A DNA stretch of 64,000 bases from Asterias rubens (Eukaryota), in NCBI RefSeq assembly GCF_902459465.1, contig NC_047062.1, positions 15,252,001-15,316,000 on the forward strand. The letters are read 5' to 3'. Below are positions 11,841 through 25,200 of this stretch, one piece after another. Under the pieces are notes generated by a model, which was given only the letters and a program-made list of their open reading frames with translations, had not been told where the DNA came from and made no database searches. The first letter of the stretch is position 1, and each line of letters opens with the position of its first letter. The position numbers and the translations under genes were made by a program.

Positions 11841-14800
11841 TTAATCTAACCATAGAATGGTTCTTTATTTATGATCCAACCAAGCTTACAAGTTACAACA
11901 TGTAGGTCTACAACGTAGCTGGACCATAGAGAATCACCATCCCGATAAATTATGTTTCACAATGTAGCCACCTACATCATTTAAGTTTAATTCCATTATT
12001 CTATTCTAAACATACACCTACATGAAACGGTCTTTTACATTTTGTCGAAATTGAAGAATATATTATAGCCCGCCTTAATATTATGAATGTGATCATATCA
12101 ACGTAAACAAGAAATCCCTCTTTTTTGACAATTAGCATTTGTCTCGGTTCTCTCACAGTCACACCCAAAGCTTTTTTGTGTACATTATTTGCATTACATG
12201 TGTCACTGTCAGCGTACACATTCATGTTCAATTTATCTATCTTTATGAATGCACTATAATAACCCACAGCCTAGAGGCATACTAAAACACATTAGATTTT
12301 GGAGGAATATTACTTCGTAAAGGGCCTAGTGTTCCAGACATATCATAAAAACAATAAGTGAATATTTTGTTGTAAAAGGTGCTTCCATCACGACAACAGA
12401 GGAAACATGATGCAAATTTTGATCGCAATTTGCCACTAAAACAATCTGTATGGGTGTTTTACCATTGCCTCACCGGTTTACCCATCATCTGTTCTGATGA
12501 CCCAGTAGCATGCGTTTAATGTGTGAATTTCACATCATCTCACATTGCAGTCTCGCACAGGTTGTTGAAATGACGCCCATGTTGCAAATAGTCTACACAG
12601 CCATGACAGTGTGTGTCTGGGAAGGGTGTGAAAACTTGTATCATTCACTGTACAAACACACTCCTCTCTCCATAGTGGCCACAGTACAGCTGTTCATCAA
12701 TTGATGAAATTAATCACGGAGCAAAGTTTCCTAGCCCTGACAAAATATTCTAGATTCACAAATTCCAATTGAAATGATAGCAGACTTAACCTGGTTTCCA
12801 AAATAAATAAGTACTATACAAACATTTAAAAATATAGATGGGAAATATTATCCCTTCCTCCATGGAAGTATGTATCCATGAAAATATGAATTCAACACTA
12901 CTACTCTAGAAAACATAAGGAAAAAGCCTGAATCAAAATAGATACAGTCCCTGTATCCTAACTACTGAAAATATGAAATGAAAATATTAATTACAATGTT
13001 TACATAAAGCTAGGTGTACACATACAAGTAGACCTTAGGGGCAAGGACCTAAGGTCAGCATCAGAAACACGGAAGAAGTAAAAAAAATGACATCCACTTA
13101 CCATAATAAGAACCATAGTACTGGGAACATAAACAGTGCCGTACCGTGTGCTACCCGATTATAATATTGATTTGAGTTGCATACACGACTGACTGGGATA
13201 ACACAATAGTGCAAAGTGGTACAGAGCCGATGTCAACAAAACACGGACGTACACAATGCACACGCAAGGCACGCAGTACAGGTACATCTCTAGCACTGTG
13301 ACAGACATTCAATGCGGACACTCATGATAGCTTGTACTGTACATACTGCATGACAATTCACCAACCACACAAAGGACCAAAATCAACTGCACAGCACTGA
13401 TATGGGTACAATATGTAGTTCACATGGACAAAGGCTGGTATAATTGACCATTTCCTCTTCCAACAAAAGGAGGTGCCTTAATGTGTAATAGGATAACGTT
13501 AATGTTGATAATTTAATCACAGAAAGAAACAGAGCAAAGGGGGGCACAGGAAACCGTTGACAGTTTCTTCATATCAAATTAGAGTCTTCCAATATTAATC
13601 CAAATCTATTCAAGGCCAGTTTGCATGCTTTAATATCAATCCAGATACAACAACAGTCTTGTGCGTCAATGTTTAAGATGAATGTTTTCTTGCACTGGAA
13701 TCTAACACAAGAAAACTTATGCACAAATTTACACACAATTTATATGTATATAAAAAAAAAATCAATGTACAATTTTTTTTTAAAGTAGTAAACAGGGTTA
13801 GCCCATTAAAAAAAAAGAAGACCTTCACTGCACATTTTACATACCTGATAGAATTGAAGAATTTGTGCAACCGACATGAATAATCAGCTATTCTCATCAA
13901 AGAACAAAATAATTCCCAACAAACTCCAAACAAAGGTATAAGATAAAGAAACGTGGATGTACAGTGCAGTACAATGCATGCCTCATCAGACTGTTTCCAA
14001 ACTCCAATCTGCTCTGGTCTGAACTTTTCACTCAACTGAGCACAAAGCAATCTTCTACACCATCTGTCAGTGAGCCAAGCAAAGCCCCCCTACAAGTAAT
14101 GTTTATGAACAGTCCTGTAGTAGATGGTGTGTCATAATAACTTCCTCCACTGCATACACCACACAAGTTTGTCCACAGACCACCTCTGGTTTATCCACGT
14201 CCAAACCAACAGTGATATCTGGTGATGACATCACAACGTCTTGACTCCTCAAGCTTGGAGAATGAATAATGATATGATGCCCTCAAGGACAAGCTCAGCA
14301 TCTTGGCATCTATCCCTTCCTTAAGCTTATCTTCTAGAAGAATCATTCTTGAGATGAGGAGTCATTGTGGACCAAATCATGTGCAGAATTCCAAGTGTGT
14401 TATGTAGCTAACAACAGTACAAGATGATCAAACTTTTTAAGGTTGTCCAATGATGATCAAATGTAAAATGTATAAAAACATGAATCTACATCTTAAAGGA
14501 ATAAATTACAAACATCCTACACAGAGTAAACCTTGACTACATGTAAACCTTGTACATTATATTATAGAATCTGGTCCTTGCTCTATGATTACATCGTGTA
14601 CATTATTTATGAACACAGTTACCCACACATGTTTGTCCAGCCTAAATAAAGAATACAAATTTGTGTACACGTATGCAAATGACATTCATTGGTGCTGGTA
14701 CAAATTTTGCGCACATTGAAAGAAAAAGTAAGATTGAATGCATTATTTCTACACTCATTGTTCAAATATGGATAACAGGTTAACCACTGACATAAAGACG

Positions 14801-16227
14801 AGGATGAAAAAAATATAAAAAAATGCTCATATTACATAACTACAATAAAGAGAGGAGCAATATTTAGAGTAGAAGACACACATCACAGACTTTAATTGAT
14901 ACACTCTGTAGGATGCTATTATTTAATGTGGTATGGAAAATGGAAGGTGAATGAGAGGGCATTGCAAGTTATCCTTGATTGCTGTTTTGCATACAATGTA
15001 AATGGCATTTACTGCACCCAGGTACGATTTGCTTTCACATTGCAAATTTGTATCATTCAGGTCTTCTCTAACAAATGATAATAAACAATGAATGACACAT
15101 GGTACATTCACACGGTACAGTTCACTCTGTGTACAATTCTGTGTGTATCTGTGTATTTTGTGCATTGTATACTTCTTGGAAATGTCATGACAATCCAGTA
15201 GACACAACAAGAAACAGAAAAAGAAGGACCCCTCAAAAAAACAAACACAAAAAAAACCCACCCCAAAACAATTATTCATACAAAAAGAGATTTGTTTAAA
15301 ACTCTTCCTGGTAATCTCATCTCAACCTACATTGTACATCCTGAAATTTCATGAAAACAGAAAGTAGGGGACAACAGCATGAACATGTTCTCCTTTTTAT
15401 GCCCTTATTTAGCAACAGGCAACCCAAAATTTCATCAAATGGAATGGCATGCGACCATGGAAGTAAGTAGAGGGTCTACCATATATGACCATGGGGTGCA
15501 ACTGAACCGAAATTGGATACAGTCGGCCAGAGGCATTTCAGAATGCTTTAAAATCTCGTGAGTTCTTTTTGTTAACCAAGCTTTCCATTGTTGTTTCGAG
15601 AGAAATGCTTTGTTTTGTAATAATTTGGACAAAAACAATATTCAAAGGACAAATGTATCTCCCCCACCTTGTGAAGTTGGTTCATGTCATTGTCCCTTAA
15701 ACAATATTCTGGGCCAATTTAAAGAATCATAGTTGGGGGAAAATACTTTTTTTTTTTTTTAAGTTCATTCAATACATTTGGCTCATTAGGTCTACACTCA
15801 ACACAAGTTTAGCTTAACCCTTGGATTAAAGTGTACAAAATCAAAGATTTTAGAGCACCAGGGGATGGGGAGCTGGGGCTGAAATGGGTAATGTGCACTG
15901 GACTAAGATTTCACTGGACCCCATTTCAGCAAGCAAATCTTTGGATTCAACAATATAGATCAGTGCAGACAATGAAACCACAACATAATTGCTTGCTGTA
16001 ATGGCGACCTAGTGAAATTCACATTCCAACAACAGATACAGAAATGAAATATTTGTATTCAGCCATGCATGATCGATCAGTGAAGTGTAGTGTGTAATGG
16101 TTTGACTTTTGAAACAGTGGGTTCCATGTACGTCTAAATCTATCAGCAAGGTCATTAAACTGAATACAGTTATGATATTTGGCAATGAGATTACAAAGAT
16201 ATTCAAGTATTTTTGAAAAGTAACTAA

Positions 16228-16545
16228 GCATACTGGATGGTGGTCACGAGTGACGAGGTGTTAGAGGTGTTAAGGGGAAATGGTGCGCTCACGTGATGAG
16301 ACTTGGAGGCCTACCCGGCGCAGCTATAGATGGTCCTGCCTACAGGTACAATTTTGAGGCAGAGGCGGCCCTAATAAGCTGCACTGGATAGACATTGTCA
16401 CAAAGTGGAGTGGTAAAAAGCATCTATGGAAAGCTGAGAAGAGCAGCGATTGAAAGAGAGCAGGTGATGGTGGAGACTTCAGGAGTGCGCCCTCATTACA
16501 ACTTGAGGGTGAGCAGCCACCGACGGAAGTCTTTGTAGAATGATG
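16228..16545 (+). mobile_element. RTE-clade LINE 3' relic (frameshifted)
   Basis: Broken translation YWMVVTSDEVLEVL / WCAHVMRL / GRGGPNKLHWIDIVTKWSG resembles the RTE ORF C-terminus (W.GHV.R...RGRP...W.D.I). Ends in a short GAT-type repeat. Confidence 0.5.
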
Positions 16546-17017
16546 ATAAGCATACTACCAGTTACCCCCCCCCCCCCCCAAAAAAAAACCCAAGCAAACC
16601 TGAAAGAGTTAAGGGTATTTAAGAAACTACAGAGACAGACAGGTTGGACAGGAATATGACTTTAGAAGATGTCAGTTAACCTACATTGTTCAATTTACAC
16701 CCCTACACTGTAATAATATCACACCAAGTCAAAACTGAGACATTCCTTTGGGTATTGAGGAAATAACATGTAGCATAGAGCCTATAAAAAAGGTCTAAAT
16801 TAATCGGAGGATTGTCTTAATTCTGCATAGTTTTAGGGTCTGACTGCATTTGTAAAGGGACTACAGTAAGTGAATCAATTTATTTCAATGTTTTTCCTAT
16901 CAATTTGTAAAAAGTCAGCCTCTGTTGTAAACTTCACAATCTTCAAGATGATCAATTACAATAACAAAGTTTTTGTATTAAAGGCAAATCCATAAAGCTT
17001 TTTAATGTACACATTTG

Positions 17018-17119
17018 ACAAAAAACTATGATTCCTCAAAGTCAAATGTCACACCAAGTTACAAAGTGAAATGGTCACTACAGTGTGACATTTGACTTTG
17101 AGGAATCATAGTTTGTTGT
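17018..17119. repeat. Inverted repeat with a 30-bp perfect core and 28-nt spacer
   Basis: 17025-17054 is the exact reverse complement of 17083-17112. Confidence 0.9.
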
Positions 17120-17554
17120 CTTTATGTCTAGGAAAGTTGACAACTTTGCTACATATTCCTCCTTTCAATCAAAAACTACAAAAAAATTGTCAGTGTCAGT
17201 GCATCGTTCTCCACTGTCCCAATTAAGTTGCTATAATATTGTCTGAGTGAAATAAATATTAAATTTTTAAAATTTTGAAATTTGAGACCAAAAGACACAC
17301 TTTAAGATTGTGCAAACAATAAAACACCAGAAATTCCTGAGGAATGTTTGCCTCGCTGCCATTTTCCCTGGTAACCCCAGGGTTTACTAGCATTTTAAAC
17401 CCAATCCAAAGCAGGGGCAGGTATTTCCCAGGAGTTTGCCACCAATTCAAGTGCAAAAAAATCAACAACATTTTCACAGAATTTTTTTTCTTGCGTAAAA
17501 GGGGCCAACAAGGAGCTTTACAGTTTTAAATGAGTCAGAAATAAAGAAGTTTAA

Positions 17555-17929
17555 AGGCAGTGGACACTATTGGTAATTACTCAAAATAATTATTAGCATA
17601 AAACTTTTCTTGGTAATGAGTAATGGGGAGAGGTTGATGGTATAAAACATTGTGGGAAACGGCTCCCTCCGAAGTGCCATAGTTTTCGAGAAAGAAGTAA
17701 TTTTCCACGAATTTGATTTCGAGACCTCAAGATTAGAACTTGAGGTCTCAAAATGAACCATCTAAACGTACACGACTTTGTGTGATAAGGGTGTTTTCTT
17801 TCATTATTTTCTCGCAAGTTTGATGACTGTTGAGCTCAAATTTTCACAGGTTTGTTATTTTATGCATATGTTGAGATACACCAACTGTGAAGGCTAGTCT
17901 TTGACAATTACCAATAGTGTCCACTGCCT
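17555..17929. mobile_element. TTAA-flanked MITE family A
   Basis: TTAA|AGGCAGTGGACACTATTGG...CCAATAGTGTCCACTGCCT|TTAA. Confidence 0.85.
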
Positions 17930-18802
17930 TTAATTTTGCAGAAAAAATTATGCAGTTTTCGGAGGACTGTTTTTATAAATAAAAGATATAGGTCAAATAG
18001 TTATTAGCCATTAGATTTTCATCAGGAATATTAACTATACTAAAAATACAATTACAACTCAGAGTTTAAGTCTAAGATTATGGTTCAAATTTAAGTAATG
18101 AAGATGTAAACATTCAACACAATACATGTATTTTACATGTATTTTCACTTTTCAATCTTGGCAAAACCTCTCTTGACTTACTTATTAGATCATGGAGGAA
18201 CAATTTTCCCTCCATAGTTCATCCATGGTTTTAGAATAAAATAATAAAACGTGGGCAATGACACAAATTAACATTATTATTTATGGTTTATTATAAATAT
18301 TATAATTAAACAAATTTTTTTGTTAGTTGCCATGCAAAATTACATTGAATTTAAAAAATTCACAGTTAAAACATTAAAATTACACTCAGAGTCAGACAGA
18401 ACAAGGTGGGTTTGACATGAAAAAAACGGCCCATACATAAAAAGCACACAGAGGAATCAACTTAGCGAGCAGAGTAGCAAATATTATTACTGCAAAAAAC
18501 ATTACAAAAATAAAAATGATGTGATGCTTGTCAAACAGTCAATATTATGAGTAAGAAAGTGATGGTCGGATTCGAACTTTAAATGGATAAATCACATGCT
18601 GTCAGTTTAACCACGGAGTTTCACAAAGAATGCATGGAAAATGCTTGGCAAGAAATGACTTAATTTGGTCATGTTTACACTCTAGAATGGACCCGCCCCG
18701 CCCCCAGCCAAGCGAGAGGGTCACCCACTATGGAGGCCACCCCATCACTCTGGAAAGACAATGAATGACATTGACAGATGAGATACGACAGAAAAAGCTC
18801 AC

Positions 18803-18905
18803 CCTATGATCGTATTCAGTACAGCCAAGTTGGGGTTGTTAATTAAATTGACGCCAAACGCAAACATTGGTCAAAAGTTTGTTCGGCAACGTTGATCCGG
18901 AAATC
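18803..18905 (-). other. Candidate non-coding first exon of the minus-strand transcript diverging from PNPT1
   Basis: Strong donor AGG|GTGAGC at 18803/18802 on the minus strand, just downstream of a CpG-containing promoter-like region. The 5' boundary is approximate. Confidence 0.4.
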
Positions 18906-19202
18906 AAAAGTAAAGTTGACCAGTCGGCAGTAGACCATTCAATTAAAGAACACCATTCAGCCACGGTGTGAAACAAAAAACTGGGTCAATTGCGGGGGTC
19001 CAATGCATGATGTCACAGGCTTTTATTTTAACAGTTAAAGATCTAAGTTGATCTGTAAATAAAAATATAAATAAGTAAATTATAAAAACAATTTTACTAA
19101 TAAAAGATTATTTTTAGTGTTCTTTTTGTAACTATATTTATCTTGAAAGTTGTTGCAAAGTTAACAAATAAATACTTGTAGAACGAGGATAAAGTAAACA
19201 AG
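18860..19202. promoter_or_regulatory. Probable bidirectional promoter region (BTB-side transcript / PNPT1)
   Basis: Lies between divergent units. ETS-like CCGGAAAT at 18897-18904, reverse CCAAT (ATTGG) near 18866. No MITE insertions. Confidence 0.45.
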
Positions 19203-22200
19203 ATGGCAGCCTCCATGACAAAAATCATGCTTGCTCAAAATGCTTTCGTTTTACCGATCAAAAGACTATTTTGGAGATGTGAAAACTGTTATCGAAAGTG
19301 TACAGTTAGGAGATGGAAGCATATGAAACCAATTTCTAGTGTAGATGATACAGATTCTGTTGAAGCCATTGTTGGAAACAAGTAAATGCTTTTGTTTATT
19401 CGCAGATAGATTTGCACTGTCTGTCATCGATATATCTGTGCAGCAGTGTTGTGTACTGTGTGTGATTCTGTGGAGTTGCTGTGAGTGTGAGTGAGTGTGG
19501 TGTGGTGGAGTGACTTTGTGCTTTGTGCATCAGTGTCTGATCCACACTGAATCTATGGCCCATTTGGGTGGGGGCCTTGAAATTCCTAGAAGCAGGACTG
19601 TCACTCACAGTAGAAATTAGGGAATTAGATTTAGAAGTAGAACCGTCATGAACTGAGTGTCACACTCACACTAAACACAGAGCAGAAGTATTTTGTTTAT
19701 ACTGCTATCGTCTCCACAAACCTCATCATACCACGGAGGATACATACATAGAGACCGTCTTTATTTGTAGTAAATCCCGACTTGATAGACAGCAAGATAG
19801 ACATATCAATAGACCCAGTGACTGGGGTGCTAGAATCCTTTTTCAAAATTTGTACATTATCGGTCTGTCAAAATTTTGAAAAAAGGAATCTAGCGCCCCA
19901 GTCACTGGTCTAACATATCGAGTGGTTTATTAAAAAACTGTCCTCGCAGTGAGTCACTGCAGAAAGGCTGAGTTACAACAATTTTACATTTATAAATACT
20001 TCAAATTTGAATTAAATATTGAATAAGAGGTCGAATAGGACATTAATTATTTAGCCACATTGGCTAAAACAGCTTCCTGACAATTACATTTGCTGACTAC
20101 ATTTTTACATTATAATTTTCTAATTTTTGTTGTTGAAGAACACTTCATTTATCAACTGGAAAGTTAGCAAGATTAACAGATGGATGTGCAGTTGCTCAGG
20201 TACACACTTTATATATGACTTGTTTATAATTAATATATCCATTTGACTGGTTTTACAGTAGCAAGCCTCAAATAACCAGCGGTCAGTGCAGTTGATGCCC
20301 TTGTGCCCTTAGAAGATTACCTTCATTACAGCCATAATTGCTGTGTCCTTTATCCTTGTGTGCCTCTGTGCCTCTCTTTAGTAGAAGTTCATTATTTACA
20401 TACATTTTCAGTGTTGTTTGGAAGCCTGGCTGCTGGCAATTTCACATACTGGGTTTCCTTGCGGCTGGCTACTTTTTGGGAACTTTTTTTCCTTGGTTGA
20501 AGTTTTGCAAATGATACAAAACAATAACTTGTTTTGCATTGGTGCCCTATACAGTGGACTTGATTCCTCCCAATTTTTGGCTTGCTCTGAGGCCAAAGTA
20601 CCATGCCCTAAAAAATGTATAAATTGAGGCCTGGTATGTGCTAATTGTAATTAGAAGAGTGCTTGGACCGAAGTTATTCTCTTTCAAATATCTTGAATGT
20701 TCTGGATCTGAGTTTGAATTATTTGACAAAGCATCCTATTGGAATTATCACACACATTTTTAGGGGGCAATAAATGTTTTTCCAATAGGGTCAATATGTT
20801 TTAAAAGACACTTGTTGCTCAGAAAACAAAAAATGTCATTAGCCTTGTTGAAGTGTATTTCTATATCAAAGTGTAACCTTCATTCAGATTTTCATTTTGC
20901 TTTTTGTTTTCATTCAAGTTGGGTGATACATCAGTTCTTGTGACAGCTGTGGGAAGGAAGAAGCCTACAGCAACAAACTTCCTTCCATTAACAGTAAGTG
21001 GACGATGAAGAAACTATTTTTCATCATTTTTTTTTTCTTCAGAACCATTGAACAGACAAATTTGTCAAAATATTTCGGAGAACTAGATAGAATGTTAAAA
21101 CATTCTTTCACAAAAACAAATCAAAAGTCAAACCCTTTGGGAGAAAATAGTTTTTTGGATTAGCTTTTCAAGAAGCAAGTTCACCAGATGTCCATCCAAC
21201 AATCTAGTCTGTTTTTACACCGTCTTTATTGCAGAAATTGATATGTCTCTCAAAAGAATAAATTTAAATTCCTACCTTCAGCTCCCCTGAGTTATTTTAT
21301 CTGAGATGTTATCTTATTGTAGCCCCCGTAATAAGAATAGCTTTAAGCCTTGTTTTGTAACTTAAAAAGATAAAAATAAAATAAAAAAAGGAAATGTAAA
21401 AAGAAAACCGTTATTTAAATCTCATTGTAACAGCTGCTTAAATGTATGCACCTACCCTCATCAGGTTGATTACAGACAAAAGGCTGCAGCTGCTGGTAGA
21501 ATTCCAACCAATCACCTGAGACGAGAGATGGGAAACAGTAACCTGGAGATTCTTACAAGCAGAATGATTGGTCGGTGATGTAGAACCACCAATCTTTAAA
21601 ATGAAACCTTGTTTATCAGACAATAATTTGTTGAGCAGTACAAAGTCACACTGTACAAACCTGTCGACAATTAACACAAATCAAAATAAATGAGACTGGG
21701 GCAACTGTTGATGTGAGCCCACTCAGTTAGCAGTTGAAAAATGTGTACCAACCAAAGGGACGTGTGGTATAAATGTATTACACATTTTTTAATGGCCTGA
21801 CATTTTGACTCTATCAGAATCTTTCTTGAAGGCTAAATGATAACACAACATAACTAAACGTGTATAATGATGTAGTGTTGTTAACTTGAAATTTATGCTT
21901 CAGTATTCTTTTTTGATGTATTTACAGATAGGTCAATCAGGCCGCTGTTTCCGAAGGGTTATTTCTATGAAACGCAGGTTGGTATATTTGTTCAGTTCAG
22001 TGCCAATTTCAGAAAGTTGTTAAGCAGAAATTTTTGATTAGCACATTTGTTTGCTGAGAAAAACATAAGTAAATAAACCCGAGTAGTTTGGCACCAATCC
22101 CAATGTTCTTTTAATTACAGATTGTATGTAATCTTCTTGCTGTGGATGGAGCTCATGATCCTGATGTGGTCTGTATAAATGCTGGTAAGTACGGTATGAA

Positions 22201-25200
22201 CAATAAAGGATGTCATGGCTAAGCAAATTTAACATCTCTTAAAGCCATTGGACCCTTTCGGTACAGACAACAACAAAAACTCACAGATTTACAAATAACT
22301 TAAAGGGTTTACAGAAGGTAGTGGTAAAAGACTTCCCTTGAAATTTTATTCCATGAAATGCTTTACTTTTTGAGAAAACAGTAAAACAATATCAATTCTC
22401 GTTAGCGAGAATTACAGATTTATTTTAAACACATGTCATGACACGGCGAAATGCGCAGATACACGGGTGGGTTTTCCCGTTATTTTCTCCAGACTCCGAT
22501 GACCGATTGAGCCTAAATTTTCACAGGTTTGTTATTTGATATAGAAGTTGTGATACACAAAGTGTGGGCCTTGGACAATAGTGTTTACCGAAAGGGTCCA
22601 ATGGCTTTAAATCATTGCGGTACCGGCTGCCAAAATATAGGATTCGCATCGCCTCTAGCTACTGAGCATTCTCAGTGGTCTAGTTGGTAAGACAGTTGCT
22701 CTTGATTGACAAATGTCAGAACAATTTGGAACCTGGGTGAAAACACATCTGTTTACTTTGTACAATTGTTGATCTTCTCTTTACAGCGCATAGGGAATCA
22801 TAGTGATAATTTATGTGCTTTATAAGAATGTTTTTTTTGTTGTATTGCATTATATTTTGTATTGGTAGTCACAGATAAAATGACCAGCAGCAGTAGCTGA
22901 AAGTGTCACTTGACAATGATACAAATATGAACACAGGTAGAAAATTCAAACACCTACTAAAGGGCCACAAATGAGTAATACGTCCCCATACAATGTTCCG
23001 ACTTATTCCTTCAGCCTCCACAGCCCTAGCCCTGTCTGACATCCCATGGAATGGTCCAGTGGGTGCAGTTAGGGTTGGCCTCGTAAACGATGACGTCATC
23101 ATTAATCCCACAAGGTTGCAGCTGAGTAAGAGTCGTCTTAACTTGGTGCTTGCTGGTGCTAGGAAGAGCAGCATAGGTAAGCATTAATAGCTTTCAAGAA
23201 CCACAGCCCAAATTCCATAGATCCCCTTGTGTGCTGAGTAACTGTTGCTCTTAAACAGCTCCATGCAGAACATGCCAAGTACAGAATAATTCCCCTTTCC
23301 AACAAAAACAGGCTGTCGCAAAATTGTTTAGGCAAATCCGATAAAGACATCATTTAAGGTAAAGTGGTTAAAAAATGTAGCCCAAAGTTGCACATTTGCA
23401 CAATAAAAGCCACACATATTTTTACTTGCAGAAAACAGTGAATGGCCTGACATTTCGACCTTGGCAGAGTCTTCCTTGAAGGCTTTTAATATTTTTATTT
23501 CTTTACACAGTCATGCTGGAGGCTTCAGCAGACAACATCTTACAGAATGACTTTGTGAAGGCTATTCGAGCTGGCTTAAAGGAAACCCAGGTCATAATTC
23601 AACAGATAGAGAAACTAGCCAAGAGGGCCGGCAAGGACAAGAGAGTTCCTGAGAAACTCTTTGTGCCCTCAGAGGAAGTGGTCGAGGCTGTCAGTAGGTG
23701 AGGTTCAGTTCTATTTGTCTCAGAAAACATCCTCAAACCCACAATCCAAGGTTCTGCAATCAATTGTACCGGTCGTGACAATTGTGTCCTTAAGCAAGAC
23801 ACTTAACCACGATTGTTTTGAAGTCCTTTCTGCCAGGCTTCTGATGGATGATACCCAAGCCGACTGTAAAGGGGTAACCCTGTTTCAGCCCTAGGAGTAG
23901 GTGGCAACAGCCCCTTGAAAAATAGTTGATTTGTAGCCCAGTGAAGTGACCTCCAGGCCTTGTGTCTCTGGCGACTTGCATAATTAACAAAAATTTACAA
24001 AATTCCCCCAACAATATAAACCCCTGAACATGTCTGGAAGTATCGCCGAGAGAAAAGTTACAAAATTTTGAAAGTTTTAGCCGTTTATTTCGTTAAAAAG
24101 TTATTTATTAATGGGAATAACACTGTGTTCATACCCGTATTTCACTGCGTGGTAATGACCTTGGTTGGTGGCTGGCGCTATTAACGGACCCTGCTTCGGC
24201 TCAGTTTGTTAACAGCGCCAGCCACCAACCCGGCAATTACCATGCAGTGAAGACCGGGTCCTCGCACTGTTATTCTCTAATTCAATATATCAATTTTGTA
24301 AACATCTTTTTATTATGTATTTTGTCTCCTTCAGATTAACAAGAGATAGATATTATGAAGTTTATACAGATGTAACACACGATAAGGTAAAGATGGAACG
24401 TTACATAGAAACCTCAATAACATCTGAATTATTTAATTTATAATACAGTAATACAATGATAACAACTTCAGTACCAATACCAGTGTCATATGTTGTTCCC
24501 TGCTGTGTTTGCCCTCCATAAATAAGTATCTAAATTAAACAAAAAAACACCAATTTAAATAAGGTCAGTCAACTTTAACGTCTTTTGTGGTTTAAAGTAA
24601 ATTTGCATCGGGGATAAAGAATATTCAATTCAATTCAATTCAGTAACATTTATTTCAATGCTGTAATTCATTACAAAAAAAGCACATATGTTGAAATTAC
24701 CCAAGTAACACAGTAACATGAGATAATAAATATATTTGGTGCACAGGTTTTTGTATAATGCTACTTGATTATGATTGATACATGATAGTTGAAAAACATA
24801 TTATGTAGGGTTAGGGTGAAGGTGGGTATTTTGACTTGAAATCAGAACTGAACTTTCTTTTGTTCCTTATTCAGTTTTCCAGGGATCAGGCTTCTTCAGC
24901 TGTCCGAGATGAATTTATTGAACAAATACAAGGTAAAAAAAAATGGAGAGACCCGATTCACCTGACATTATCACATTATAGATTTTGCTTGTGCTACGTT
25001 AGGGTTCAGTTTGATTTATTCTTTAAAAAAACACACCTTAGTTAAATTTTCTGAACTAAATTTACATGCATATATGTGTCAAGAATCATGTTTTTTCCTT
25101 TTCAGAATTATTTCCATCTGAAGAGTCATTTTTTATCAATGAAGCATTCAACACTGTTGCCAAAGAAGTATTCAGGGGTCTCATACTAGAGCAAGACAGA

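Noticed and set aside
13673-15279. 125-aa and 118-aa minus ORFs
   Set aside because: F/C/L-rich translations typical of T-rich non-coding DNA.
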